Assembly (NCBI GenBank): GCA_000165425.1
Contig: CT868052.1
Location: forward strand, 496,001-560,000
Reading direction: 5' to 3'
From: Paramecium tetraurelia
Taxonomy: Eukaryota
Length of the DNA stretch: 64,000 bases
A program made the translations under genes and the position numbers. The notes beneath the pieces were generated by a model. The model had not been told where the DNA came from, did no database searches, and saw nothing but the letters and a program-made list of their open reading frames with translations. Shown piece after piece: positions 26,145-39,917 of this stretch (within the stretch, counting starts at the first letter, position 1; the number at the start of each line of letters is the position of its first letter).

Positions 26145-26865
26145 ATGTAAAATTTTAAAAGAGTTGTTATTTTATTATCTAAAACTTCTGGAAGAGACAA
26201 AGTAAGTATTGATTTAATTATAATTTGATTAGTCTTGTAGAATTTTACAATATTTTGGTAAATTTTGTGCAGAATAATTGAAGGAGTTGAAATAAGATGA
26301 ATTATCATTAAAGTGCAAAAATTTAAGCTCTAACATGAGTTTAACTAGGAAAGTCTTAAGATTTGGAAGAACAATAGGAATCATCATTTCAATTATGGAA
26401 TTATCAAAATAAAAAGGAAATAAAGCAATCATTCTCAATAAAATATTGATGAACATCTCTTGCTTCCTCTATTTTCTAGTTGATCATACTCATTGGTTTT
26501 GTAAAGTAAATTCATTATTTAACTTAGATTTAAGTCATACAAAACCCATAACTAGAAGCTAAAGCAGATTATTGGAGTGACGCACTTTGGTGCTTTGAGG
26601 CGTTCTTTGATTGCGTGGCATTAATTTTAGAAATTAGAGAAGAAGAAAATAAAAGTTAAGATTCAAAGTCATCCCAACGTCTTTTCAATCTCAGATTGGA
26701 CCTATTAAGAGCCTTTATGGACTTGCTGGTATATATATATATTCTAACTATGAGAGTGCTTATGGATTTATCAGTAATGGAAAAATGCCAGGCAAGTGGA
26801 TTGGTTTCTTTGGAACAATTAGCTCAATTATTGGACTTAAATAACAATGGGATGCAGCTAAGTGA
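26145..26865 (+). CDS. PEX11: Peroxisomal biogenesis factor 11
   Basis: LLSKTSGRDKSCRILQYF, SNMSLTRKVLRFGR, LYFLVDHTHW and GFFGTISSIIGLKQQW. Three introns. Confidence 0.93.
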
Positions 26866-26903
26866 ATTATAATAATTTCAGAAATGTATTTAATAACAAT
26901 AAA

Positions 26904-28690
26904 TCATTCGGTTTGTTAAATAATTTAGAGCAATAATGCTTCATTTTTCATAATATTCAATTTTGGTTTTGAAAATATTACGAACACTGACGTTAGGATT
27001 ATAACATTAGGTACTTCCAACTCCAAAAACCTTTTATATTCTACTTTATGTTTTGCACACAACTTTTCGTAAAACAAGAAGATAATTCTCTTCATTCTTT
27101 GTTTAGATATAAGAATTTATGGGGATCGTTATCTGATATTTTAAATCATTTGTTCCATCTAAAGATAGAACTTATTTCTCTGTGCAATATAAAACTATTA
27201 AATTTGTCTAACTTTTAGGTAAAAATTCATAAAAGATTGCTATAATTATGCTTGCGTTTTTATGAAAAATGTATCATTTAGAGTTATCAAGATAAGATCC
27301 GATATTTATCTTGAAATTTTGTCAGATAATTTGTTTGAGAAGATCGATAGAGTTAGATTGGCTTGCATTAAAACTCTCAAATTGAGAGAGGTGGTTTTTT
27401 CATGAACGTATTTCCATCTTTGTGCATAATGTTTTGGAGAATTATTCATGCATCTTAATATTTTATTAATTTTAAAATGAGCATAGAGGGTATCAATATA
27501 CTTTAAAAAATTTAGAACAATTATCCATTAATTTATGTATTTTTTCATCATTCTTTATTGATTTAATTATTTATAAGATTGTACTAACATTCTTTGGTAT
27601 TTTTAAATTACATTTTAAGATAATAATTAAAGTTTTTTCTGTTAAGCTAATAGTATTTTATTTTTTAATGAAACCTAATCACATCTTTGTTTTACCGAAT
27701 TGATTCTACGATTATCACTAAATACTCTAATTGGAGGGACACTTTCATTAATTAGAGATTTTCCAACACTTTACATATTAAAGGAAATATTTTTGTTTGT
27801 ATTAAAGGATTCATCTTCTGTATTATTGTTATTTTAAGAACCACTTCGCATTCTTAGTTATTCCCTTCCATCGTAACACAGAAAATAACTCCTGTCATAT
27901 TGGGATGCTATTATTTTGAAAATAAATATTTATACTTTAAAACCATGCTTTAAGTTTGATTGAAGTACTATAATCTGATAAGAGAGAGAAAAATAAATAA
28001 TTCTTATGTTCTTCTGGTTTCTTAATTACAATTATTTTTTATTATTTTATAACAACATGTTTCTGATGATTCTTTTGGGAAGGCTAAGAGGTTAAAAATG
28101 AAAAATATATATTGCATTTAAAAGCCCCTACATTGAAAAATATTTTCAAGGGAAAATAATCTTGAATTCTTATTTTAATATATTATGGAAAGCCTTTCAT
28201 AATTGATGTGCTTGCCCATTAATCATTTTCCAATTCTAAACAGTCATACTGATAATCAAGTTGATCCGAAAAAAGTAAGTAATTCCTCTATAATATAATA
28301 TTATACTATACTGTTTCTCTTCAATTAGTAAGGCTGGTAAAAACTTGAATCCATAAAATTATTTATTTTAAATTTGGTATATATATAATAACTTCTTTTT
28401 CTTAGAATTATGCATTCTTAAGAATAGTTTACAACCTTTTCAATTTAGATAAGTCTAAGATTGCTCAAATTATTTTTGTTCAATTCTTTCAGCATTAACT
28501 TACTTCATTTTTAATAATCTTTAATCAGTTATGATCAACCTACAAATATTGGGATTATCATGATATTTATATTAATCTTTATCTTTAAATTCTTCTCTTT
28601 TTAACTTTAATTAATAATATTTGTATTTTTCAAATTATCTTTCATAGACTTTTTTGAATTCTTGAAATCAATCATTTGTAATTTTTCCAT
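26904..28690 (-). CDS. Hypothetical protein (possibly partly degenerate)
   Basis: Coding-like minus-strand sequence with short intron-like segments, ending at TGA 26904. The 5' frame from ATG 28690 hits a TGA near 28535, so the start is unresolved. Confidence 0.4.
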
Positions 28691-29544
28691 CTAAATATTA
28701 AAATATTTTCAAATTCCACTATTAGATATTTGTGTGAACTCCGCTTAAAAATTACTTAAGGATTTATTTTAATAATTTTATTCATTATAAGTCTAATTTA
28801 AGAAATTTAATTATCTATTTAAATATTTATAAGGAAACCCACATATTTAAAGTACAAGACTATAATTAATTTAATTTATACACATGTTTAAGTTATTGAT
28901 TCAAAAATAATAGGGTAGGAAATTTAAATTATTAATTTATTTTAAATTAATGATTTATAATTATTTAATCATTTACACAAAAAGCCTAGGAGGAGCTTTT
29001 CTTTTATGATAATTATAGAGTGATATTAACAGATGATTATTAAGTTTAAACATCTAAATAAAGGGATTTATAATAACAATATTATTTATGAATATAGCTG
29101 TTGACAAAAATATTGAATAAAACATAAAATAATTGGCCCAAATATAGAAAAGCATTTAAGAGTGACTGTTATTTTGTATATATTAATATTAAATCTCTTA
29201 AATTATCTCAAAACTTTAATAAAATTCTTGGATTAATTAATTATAATAATAGCTTTGATTGTGTCTTTTAAGATTGTATATAATATAAAGGACATTAGAA
29301 CTCGCCATATTTATTTTCAACTCTGGGCTAGGAGTAGCAAATCTTGAGCCAAAATTAAATGAAGAAAATGTAAATTGTAAAATATCAATCAGTTCTGGAG
29401 ATTCTTTGATAGTTAGCATAGTCAGCAATAATTAGAAACAGATAATAGAGGAATTTAAGTAATAATCTTAACATTTAAGATTAAAAATTTAGATTGATTT
29501 TGATATATTAAGTTAATATTTATATGATTCAATATAGAAATATA

Positions 29545-31150
29545 TCACACAGAAGGGGGCTTTTAGAGTAGCATTAGCTACTATTAGATAAAATAATACT
29601 ACAAGATCTATTCTTACAATTTTTATTAGAGTAGGATTGAAAAAGAATTAATTGGTGCGTATGATTATTATTATTATTATAATTATTACTATTATTATTA
29701 GTAATATTATTAATATTAAGTTCTATTTTAATTGAGTTCTTCTTCAACCTTGACTAGTTTTTAAACTTTATCATAGTTTTCCATTTCTCGAATGTTATTG
29801 AGTTTTTCCATTCTCTTTGATTATTCTTATTTTTCTTCCTCGAAGTTTTTAGTTGGTAATTTATCAAGATATTTTGTAAATGCAGATTTTCTTTCTGAAT
29901 GAGTTAATATTTTAGGAAGTTGTTATTGAATAGGTTGTTCAGTTTGAATAGATTGTTATTGTTATTATTATTATTATTCTTCTTCTATATTCATATCTTA
30001 TTATTATTCCTATTATTATTCTTATTCTTATTATTATTTCACGGATTAGTTGAATTGATCTTATGAATATTGATTCATTAATTCTTATAGTTATGGATAG
30101 ATTGATGAATAATCATCTGATGAAAATTCGAGCTTCTTAAATTAGGTTTCATCAAGATATTTTCTTTCAACAACGGATATCATACTTTGGCCAAAAAGTT
30201 GAGTTAAGGATTCCTCAATCTGAAATTAATAATAAAGATTACCTTCTTTCTAATTCTATTGTTATTGGATTAAAAGACGATGGTGTATTGAGATTATTGA
30301 TATTTTGACATTAATTGTTTTTAAAACTCAATTAGATAATTATCAGTTTCTAAATTATTTTAATAGTAGATATTTAAACATCTGGAGAACTTGAGTGCCA
30401 TAAATAAGGGATGTTTTATCTAAAATAGATTAGAGTTTATACTTTATTTCTAATATTTGGGGCTGTTAAATAATTGTGTAATCCATTTTCATTATTTTCA
30501 ATTGGAGCGTCAACTACATCGTTAAAATGTTTTTCTTTTTTGCAGAAGTTGCGTTCTAGATAACTAGGTTCGAAAGGTTGGATATATTAGATTTGTCTGT
30601 GTTCATCGCGAGCACTCTTTCTACTGTCGACAAAAACTGGTGGTGATTATAACCCTAGAATGATGTTCTCTCTCTCTTTCACTAATATTAATAACTGAAA
30701 TCTATGTCCTTAGTGATTGTAAGTTGTGCTATTAAATTTTACGCCCTACGATTGTTAATAATAAATACCGAAAAGAAGGCTTTACCATCTATAATGTCGT
30801 ATTATGTTGTTCCTTCTAATCCTACTTCTTCAAAGAGATCATTCTATAACATCTTCACTGCCAGTAATTAAACCTAAAATTAGAATTAAATAAGATACCT
30901 AGCAATTGATCCATTATGTGCATTCTTCATTCTATAATGAAATTTTTACAGAAATGTTTGGAATATTCCAGCTCTTATGCCAATTCCATCCTAGATCATT
31001 TGTATATTTCAATTCTCTCTCGGTATCAATCTTCAATAAAACTGGTCCTTGATTAGGAGTCACAGTTTGTCTTAAATTGATGAAGGTAGTTTTTGTTTTC
31101 AAAGTACTCTTACATTATGTCCATGTAAAGCCTTTATGAAATTAAGCCAT
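29545..31150 (-). CDS. Uncharacterised protein with beta-rich N-terminal domain and poly-Q tail (candidate CudA/p53-like Ig-fold transcription factor)
   Basis: WHKSWNIPNISVKI...GKAFFSGVKFNSTTYNHQGHRFQLLILV...LQSPPVFVDSRKSAR, GLHNYLTAPNIRNK and a Q-rich C-terminus ending QKPPSV-TGA. Several short introns. Gene existence is solid and the function is inferred. Confidence 0.75.
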
Positions 31151-31769
31151 TTGATTAAGAAGAATTTAAAATTATTTCAAGATTTTGTTTATTTCGAAAT
31201 CCACTAATAAATACGCATATATCATCAAATAAATTTATACTCTCAATTTGCATGTTTTACAAACATCTGCCAATCAATATGTATTGAATTCCATTTTTTC
31301 ATACAAAAGACGCCGACAACAAGATATAATCCAAAATATAAAAAACACTCATTAAAAGCTTAGAAATAATTATAATGTAAACGATTAATTAAGATGAATA
31401 CAAAGCGAGTAAAACTACTAAATTACTTATTGGAGAACACAGAGCAAATAAGGAAATTATAATTTTTGAATATTTAAATCATTAGAATGGAAACTCTTAT
31501 TTCTGTTAATAAATACTATCTAATTTTGAATTCTACACAAAATTATATAATTTCTAATTAAAATTGTAAAACTAATTTTAGAATACATTCAAGATTGCTC
31601 TGTCAATTTGGTAACTTCATAATAACACTTCTAGAATTTGTTTCAACAAGAACAAAATGTACAATTTTTAGAATGAAAATGTATTATTTATAAAATAAAT
31701 ATATCGATTTATTGCAAATTATATATCATTTGCTAATTATCATATTAAATACAATAATACGCATCAATA

Positions 31770-32768
31770 ATGAGTGAAAATGTTCTTGAGAAGCATTGGC
31801 TGAGTAAAGTTGCTGATACTTTGTAACCATTTGGAATAGGTGGTTTATCTGGATGTGTGGCTACGTGTTTTATTTAACCGGTTGACTTAGTCAAAGTTAG
31901 AATCCAGCTAAAATCAGAAAAATTGGGTCCTAATGCAGGTAGCGAGATCAGTCCATTTCGTGTCTTCTCTGAAATCTTAAAAGAAGGAGGTGTGTTGAGT
32001 TTTTGGAAAGGAATTGACTCAGCATTAGCTAGATAAGTATTTTACACTACCACTCGTATGGGAATTTATAAGACAATGTATTAAAGATCAAAGCAAGCAA
32101 ACAATGGAAAAGAGCCTTCATTTTTAGCTAAATCTTGGTGTTCAATTGTAGCAGGTTTCATTGGCTCATTAGCAGGTAATCCAGCAGATTTAGCTTTGGT
32201 CAGAATCTAGGCAGATAGCACGCTGCCTGTTGAAGAGAGAAGAGGATATAAAAATGTTTTTGATGCATTTTATAAAATTGTGAAAGATGAAGGAATAGCA
32301 GCATTATGGAGAGGATCGACTCCAACAGTTATTAGAGCAGTTGTAATTAACGTGGCAATGTTGGGACCTTATGATGAGATAAAGGAACATTTAAATCACT
32401 ATTTTGGAACCAAAGATACTCAATAAACTCGATTATTGTATATTGTTAAAATATATTTCTAATAGAGCATCTGCAGCAGCTGGGTTTTTGAGTTCTTTTT
32501 GTGCTTTACCTTTTGATAATGCGAAAACAAAAATGTAGAAAATGAAAAAGGATGCAGCAGGTGTATATCCTTATTCATCTATTTTTGATGCAATTGGAAA
32601 AGTAAGAAACATGACTATTCATAGACAGCTAAAAGAGAAGGAGTTGTGGGACTTTGGGTAGGATTTCCAACATTTTATTTCAGAATTGCACCACACACTA
32701 TGATTACTCTTTTAACTCAAGACTGGTTAACAGACAAGGTCAATTCATGGAGAAAAAAGAAACATTGA
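31770..32768 (+). CDS. Mitochondrial carrier, 2-oxoglutarate/malate (DTC/SLC25A11-like)
   Basis: QPVDLVKVRIQ, GIDSALARQVFYTTTRMG, NPADLALVRIQADSTLPVEERRGYKNVFDA, LPFDNAKTKMQ and GFPTFYFRIAPH. Two introns. Confidence 0.96.
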
Positions 32769-32949
32769 ATAATTATCATTCAATACAATAATTATAAATT
32801 ATATTATTATTATTAATATTCATAATAATAATAATTTACATAATATGAAAACTTCTTAATCAGTAAATATCATTAATTATTCATAATGATGTATTCACAT
32901 ATATCTATTCACTTATAGTTTTTTTAAGATTGCACAATTTATTATACCA

Positions 32950-35130
32950 ATATAGAAATAAAAAGATGCAATTAAAATATCGTAATTAATAAATAAAAGA
33001 TAATCTTAAATTTGATTTGAATATTACACCTTCGAACTTTGGATTTTAGAATAATAATAAATAGTTAACTATTTCAATATTCAAAGCCTTTATTATTCTT
33101 AATTACTAAAAGAATAAAAATATAAATATTCTTATAAACAGTTCATTTAGTATATTATTTTAATTAAATTCATTTGCTGCTTACTTTCTATAACCTTTTA
33201 AAAGTATAATATCAATTATAAGGTGATTTGTAAAACAAATACAAACTAATTTAGAGGTAATACTGACTAAATTAGTTTCTTTATATTTTAATTCTTACAA
33301 ACTACTGAATTTTATTGATATTCGTTGTGCAAGTAGTTTAGTTTACACTTAGTGTATGCCCTTTCACTACAAAATAGCAAATTCATCTTTTTTTATTTTA
33401 TTTCATATTCCTTCTATGGTTTTGTTAATAAACATGAATTTTAGACGCAAATAAGAAATTATTGATTATGATATCAGATACTTAATATAAATAATGATCA
33501 GAAATTGAAATATTGCTTTTTCATAAAATTTTGTTTTCCATCAAATATTTTTATTATGATATGCTAAGATTAAAAGAAATTAGCTCTTGATTAGCTTCTC
33601 GGTTCCATAATTGGAGGTGGTTAATATTTTATAGGACTAAGTAATTGAGATGTCAATTCTTTTGATTTCCAATTACTTAGAGTGAGAGTTTTCAATTTGA
33701 CAAATTATGAACTCTTTTTTTTAACAGGTATCTACTCTTTAAACAGGAGCTGACACTTTTTTTGAGGTAATCCTTACATTTGAATAATTGTGAATTAAAT
33801 ATAATTAATTATTATTATATTCAAGCAAAATATATTAAGTTAATTTATCTGAAATTATCCGTTATCTATTATTATAAGGATTTATGCTTGTAATTTTGGG
33901 AATTCAAGCAATAAGCATGACTTAGAATTAAAAAATAAGTATAATTGATATAGACATTCATCAACATTTGTAAGGAGAACTTAAATTTAACTAAATGCTT
34001 TTTATATTGAATTATAGAATAGACATTTTTTTTTATTAAATCCAAAAATTATAATTATCATTGTGAACTCTTTTCAAAATTTACTATAAGAGCTTATCAT
34101 ATTTAATTAAAACACCAAGAAGCAGTCCGACATAAAGAAAATGAAATTTTCTCCTTATTATTTGTGAGTATAAGCACATTCTTCACTTTACAGTTTATAA
34201 ATGGTGAAAATATTAAGAATCAATCTAATTATATTATGCATTTTATTCTTTCTATGAATTCATTTTATTTTCAAACTTTGATGTCATAGGTATATATTAT
34301 ATTGTATGAAATATTCAAAAGATAACTTCAAACTATATGATCTATCATTGAATCAAATGTTTGAAAGTATAAGTTCTGTAATTTTTTTAAGATTCTAAGG
34401 TTAACTTAAAAGAATAAGGTATCCTTAAATAAAATAAATAAGCTAACTAATCTTTAATAAGAAAGAAATTAAATCATATTTTAAGGTTTAACATTCTTTT
34501 AACAACCTTTTAAATTCTTAAAACATTCATAAAATTTTATTATATTTTTTGGGCCATCAGATGCAAAAGCAATCTTAAGAAATATGCTCAAATTGAGAAT
34601 ATTAGTATTGGCTTAATTAGGCCTAAGCTGAGTTTTCATTAGAAAAATATAATGTTGAATGAATAGCTCGCTTAAACTTAATTAACCAATCTGATATTAG
34701 AAAAAATTACTTCTTTCTTGATTGAGTTCTATCTTAATAAAAGTATGCTTGCATTATTCTTATCTTTTATCTGGCTGATAAACCCAGTTGATTTGATTTC
34801 ACTAGCTACTAAGTTGAATCTAGAAATTCTTTAAAATTGGAATTATAATATTACCAATAAAATATTTTCTTTATTTAATTTTACAATACATCAAACATCT
34901 GATCGTTCAATACGCAAATATATTCATTCCCATCGAAATATAACAAGCTTTGCATCATACTCTCATAATTTGGTTTATTTGTTAACTAATAATTTGTATA
35001 AATACAAATAAAATGGAAATTGTAATAAAACTTAGCCAACTGTTTAATTTTAAACCTAGATTTTTAACTTTTAATAGACGTATTGTCGATAATAAATATG
35101 GGATGATATGTATAGTAACTGTAATGGATG
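32950..35130 (-). pseudogene. Degenerate or unresolved coding-like sequence
   Basis: Several 90-130 codon code-6 open stretches (e.g. from ATG 33779 and from ~34958) end at TGAs that short introns do not clearly remove. No domain recognised. Confidence 0.3.
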
Positions 35131-35270
35131 TTTAGTTTTATATTTAAACATAAATAAACTTTATGACGTAGTGAATTTATTAAATAATTTACAGAGTATT
35201 TTATAATAATAAAGCTATAACATCAGATATTTGATAAATTTTATTCAAGAATATATACATCAATAAATTA

Positions 35271-36371
35271 TCAATTATCAGTTTAGGTAATACTAGGCTA
35301 TCCAAATGCTATCAACCTATTATATTTAACATTCATTATAATAGTATAGAAAGTGTCTTCATTATGAATGGGATATGTGTCCATTACAGTAAAAACTCCG
35401 AATTCATTCCTTAGATTAGCTTATAATTAGCCTAGCAAGATCTCTGCAATAGTTCTTCTTTAATCACTCTAGGGATCAGGTAACCAATGATCATAATTTG
35501 TTTACACCAAGTATTAATAATTGGTTTAACCAAGAATCGAAGTATTCAAACTTATGGTTGGATTCATATCAAATGGATCTTTGGAGATGACTACTCCCTA
35601 ATTTCTGCTTGTTCCTCCAATAACATTATAAATAGGACAAGCTACTTGATTTTACTCTAAGTATTGGACAACCCTATCAAAAGTACTCAAATTATCATTA
35701 ACTAACACATGTCTATATTCCCAAGCTAGAGAGGGTACTCCTAATTGAATGAAAGCAAGGAGCTGATCCTTACTGATGGGATCACTAAATTTCCAATTTT
35801 AATCAAGGGATGCAACATTGTATTTAAGTAAGGTAGAGAATCCTAGTTTGAACCATTACCAGTCGACTGATTCACCAAGGTACTTGTCGTCCTTCTTTAT
35901 GATTAGATGTAAGACTATATTTCTAGCCTAGAGAGGGGCTTAATCCATGTTTCTTCCATGTATAATTTAATCACCCACTGAGAGTAGAACACCTGTGCTT
36001 TCGATCATTTCACCTGAGATATGAGTGATTTCGTGAAAATATGCCCAAGCAGATAAATATTCAAATGTAATTTCACTTCTATTGAACTCTTCCACAATGC
36101 CATCCAATTCCAATGAATACTCAGGATAATGGGTTCTAATTGAGTTTGCTATTGTTGAATAGTCGTCTGTATTCAAGATATAGAAAGTATTTTTATTATG
36201 GAATTCAAAGACTGGACCAAAAGAATTGTCATATCCATGCAAGTCAAGAATAGTTCTGACTGCTTATTTCCACCTTTATTTTGGGGTAGCACTTAAGTCA
36301 ATCTCAATTTCAGGCAAATAGTTGAAACATGTCACTGTTGACAAAAACATAAATATTATTCCGTATTGCAT
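35271..36371 (-). CDS. Acid ceramidase / NAAA-like Ntn hydrolase precursor
   Basis: Signal peptide, EIDLSATPKQRW, EYSLELDGI, STGVLL...IIHGRNMD, YYNVIGG..NQGVVISKD, YLVQTNYDHWLPDP..DQRR and YPIHNEDTFYTIIM. Span of 1101 nt with no intron needed. Confidence 0.9.
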
Positions 36372-36586
36372 TATAATTAATATTATTTTGTAATAATTCG
36401 ATAGTTAAATAACATTTCCTGATGACTTCATTTATTTAATTAATTAATTTACATTTAATAGATTATATCATTTCTAATTTTATATTTATTTTATAATTCT
36501 GTTTAAATTTAGTCAATTCTTTAATTAATACATTTCAACCTTAAATTTTATATATGTTATTTAAACATTAAATTAAAATATTAAAA

Positions 36587-38051
36587 ATGGGTTGCTGCTT
36601 CACGAAAAAGAAGAACCAACTCAAACCCACTAAGGCATATGAATACATCAATAAAAATAATCAAAATGACAAACAATAAGAGCTTGAATAATCATTTATT
36701 TAAGATGTGGAAGTTATAATAATTGATAATAAGGAAGAGGAATTGGAGAGACACTCACTCAAATCGACTTCAGAGTATTATTTATTGAATATCATGAATA
36801 GTATTCACAATTGGGAATAAGGGGAAGTACTTGGATAAGGTGCTTTTGGGAAGGTAGTGATGGGACTCTAGAAGAATGGATAAATAATGGCTGTGAAATA
36901 AGTTTTCATTTAAAATCAAATTGACGATGTATTATACATGAATATTGTAGAAAGTGAGACAATTGTAAAAAGAAATTGAAATGCTGAGTAAATTATAGCA
37001 TCCAAATATTGTCCGCTATATGGGTTGCGAATAGAAAAACCAATTCATAAATATATTTCTGGAATATGTCAGTGGAGGCTCAGTCTCAACTTTGCTAGAA
37101 AGATTTGGATGTTTTAGAGAGAGACTTATCAAAACATATTTGAAATAAATACTGTTAGGATTAAGTTATTTACATGCAAAGAATGTCATCCATAGAGATA
37201 TCAAAGGAGGAAACATCCTAATAGATAATTCTGGTCGCTGTAAACTAGCAGGTAATATCAATCTAATTTTAGATTTTGGCAGCAGTAAGTAATTGAACGA
37301 TATAACACATGATAGTATAGGATCCATCTGCGGAACTCCCAATTTCATGGCTCCGGAAGTAATTAATCAGGAATAGTATGGTAAAAAGGCAGATATATGG
37401 AGTCTTGGTTGTACCGTAATCGAAATGGCTACTGGATAACCACCTTACTCTGAGTATAAGGATGCCATTGCAATCATGGTGAAAATAGGCAAATCAACCA
37501 AACCACCTCCAATCCCAGATTAATTACAATCTACAGAAGCTAAAGATTTCCTATCTAAATGTTTATAAATAGATCCTAAAAAAAGAGCTACGGCTGATGA
37601 ACTCTTAAAGCATCCGTTCCTAGAAGAGCCTAAATAAAATTCTTTGTTGAAAAAGACTCCCTCCTATACCATTAATTAGAAGTAACCACAATCATATAAA
37701 TATCAACCTAAAAATTCATTTTTGTTGGATGCTGAAAGTCAAGATCAACAAATCGAACCCGTCTCACCATAATTTCAAGGACAACAAGGCTAATCTTCTA
37801 CTGAAACTAACTAAATTAAGGTCAAAAAGAAGAAGGAAAAACCTCAATATCAATTAGTAATAGAACCAGAATAAAATGATTGCATCCTAACAGGATAGGA
37901 AACTAATATAGTGGATAATCGAGATAAGTTCCAATTCTCAGAGTTTAATGAGCTCAATCCTAAAGAGACCTACATAAAACCATTTAATAAAGAGAACTAA
38001 GATAATTTGTAAAAAGAGTTGGACCTAATCCTAGGTTAATACATAGGTTGA
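36587..38051 (+). CDS. MAP kinase kinase kinase (STE11/NPK1-like)
   Basis: MGCC start, [64 protein letters not shown] and [19 protein letters not shown]. Confidence 0.95.
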
Positions 38052-38133
38052 GATCTCAACAAATTGATTATAATTTCTCTCTTAATTAATATGGTATTAT
38101 TATAGAATAATCATAATAAGCTTTGCAAAATGA

Positions 38134-38790
38134 TCACCAGCCAGGGAATTCCTCTTTTGTTAAATCTGTAATTTATTTCTGACTCTATTATAATAAATGC
38201 AAAATCTACATCTAAAAATAAAAATACTTGCTTTTATGACTGCTGAATTTCTCAACATCCTACTTGTTTCTGCACAAGAGATGAAATTGGAGTGTTTGCC
38301 TTTCCTATTTTTAATATAGCTAAATCAAACCAAATCAGCAATAATATTATTTTTCTAAATTTAATTACATTTGTTGCTCAAATATATTCTCCTATCTCTG
38401 AATAAGAATCCTTTTGGTATCTATTAGTATTATTTAGAAAATCAAAATCTCCTTCAATTCTCTTTTTAATAACCTATTTTAAAGGAAATTTCAATAATGT
38501 TGCTTTTTTCTTTGATATCATTTTCAGCCTAATTTTAATGTTAGGATCAAATATTATTATACAATTCTTGATAATATTTAAGATATGATTGTAAATTTTA
38601 CAAATAAGACTCTAGGAAGCCATATTGATTTTAAGGATATTATTCAATTTATGCCTACCTTTTCAATGCATTAATTTAGCTTTTTATTGTAATGCTCAAA
38701 TGAATACTTGAAACAACTAATTTTGGCATTTCTATTTATTTAAAAATGAAATTAATAAAAAACATCAAATAAATTGAGTAGAGACATAAA
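38134..38790 (-). CDS. Hypothetical small protein or gene relic
   Basis: Coding-like text ending ...EEFPGW-TGA at 38134. I could not build a fully consistent frame. Confidence 0.3.
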
Positions 38791-38929
38791 ATAGATGATG
38801 AATGAATAGAGTAAACTTATTTTTTAAACATTAGCTTTTATTGGAGTCTTAATAATTAAATTTCAATTGTAATAATTCAAATTATAATAAAGGATGAATA
38901 TGAATTATAGAAATAATGTATAAATATTA

Positions 38930-39917
38930 TCAAGATTGGCATTCAAAACACTTTCTAATGATCATGCCTACTTGCTATTGAAACTGCTTTATTTAAGAGT
39001 CTCTTTATTAAATTTTTTAAATTAGTTTCATCTAAAAAATAGTTTGATTGGTCAACTAGTTCAATTAATCTAAAATATATGGATTGCTTTCTGATTTGGT
39101 TTCAACATTCTTAAGAAATGATTAGATTTATGTATAATTTATTTAAAATGGTACTTCATTTTCATTTTCAATTTTATTATAATTATTAGTTTAATTACTA
39201 TTGTTATTATTACAATTATTATTAATATTAATATTATTATTATTAATATTAATTTGATTGTTTTGCTTAATGTTTTCTTTAGTGGTTTTCTTGTTAAATG
39301 CAATTTAGCCTTCTCTAATTTTGGAAGTCACTAAATGCAAGCCCATATTTAATCCTCTTAAGATATTATCAGGGGCACGCTCATCATTTTATGTTTAACT
39401 CTATTGGGACTGTAAATGGTAGCAACTAGTCTGGAATTCGCCTAATTGCTGAGTAACTTCTTAAACAACCTTCTTTTAGATGTTGAATTCCTCATTCACA
39501 CTTAGTTCTTTGTCCTCTGTATATAACTAATTAATGTATGAATTTGATGGCATACTTTTGAATATTTGGCATTTTCGTAAGTTTAATGCTTATTTCCGGA
39601 AGGGTCCAAAATAACAATTCTAATTTTCGATTCAATTTCAACTCTTTCTCTTCTAGAAGTTTTCTTCTCGCTTCTCCCCTCTAATTCATAAGTAAGCAGA
39701 ATGGCTTTGCATGTGCAAGGTTTAGTTTGGAACTTTTAAGCCACCTAAGTTTGATTCAAATTGCTACTTCGGAAAGAGGGATTTTCTCCACAGTTAATGC
39801 ATGCAAAATTTATGCACGCAATTCTGAAGAAATTTTGTTGTAAGGCCGCTTAGTCCTTGCAGTATCATCAGTAGTCTACAGAGATTATATGACAGCTCCT
39901 TTGAGATCCTATTCCAT
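38930..39917 (-). CDS. Helix-turn-helix (homeodomain-like) protein with N-rich low-complexity tail
   Basis: KRPYNKISSELRAQILHALTVEKIPLSEVAQKFQTKPCTCKAILLTYELEGRSEKK after removing a 23-nt intron. A second 29-nt intron follows. Alternative in-frame ATG at 39953. Confidence 0.75.

Noticed and set aside
28900..29520. Possible plus-strand gene with intron-like segments
   Set aside because: I could not build a consistent ATG-to-TGA model, so it is left uncalled.
29662..29715. (TTA)n microsatellites here and near 29960-30040 and 39170-39255
   Set aside because: They are coding poly-Q or poly-N tracts of the minus-strand genes.
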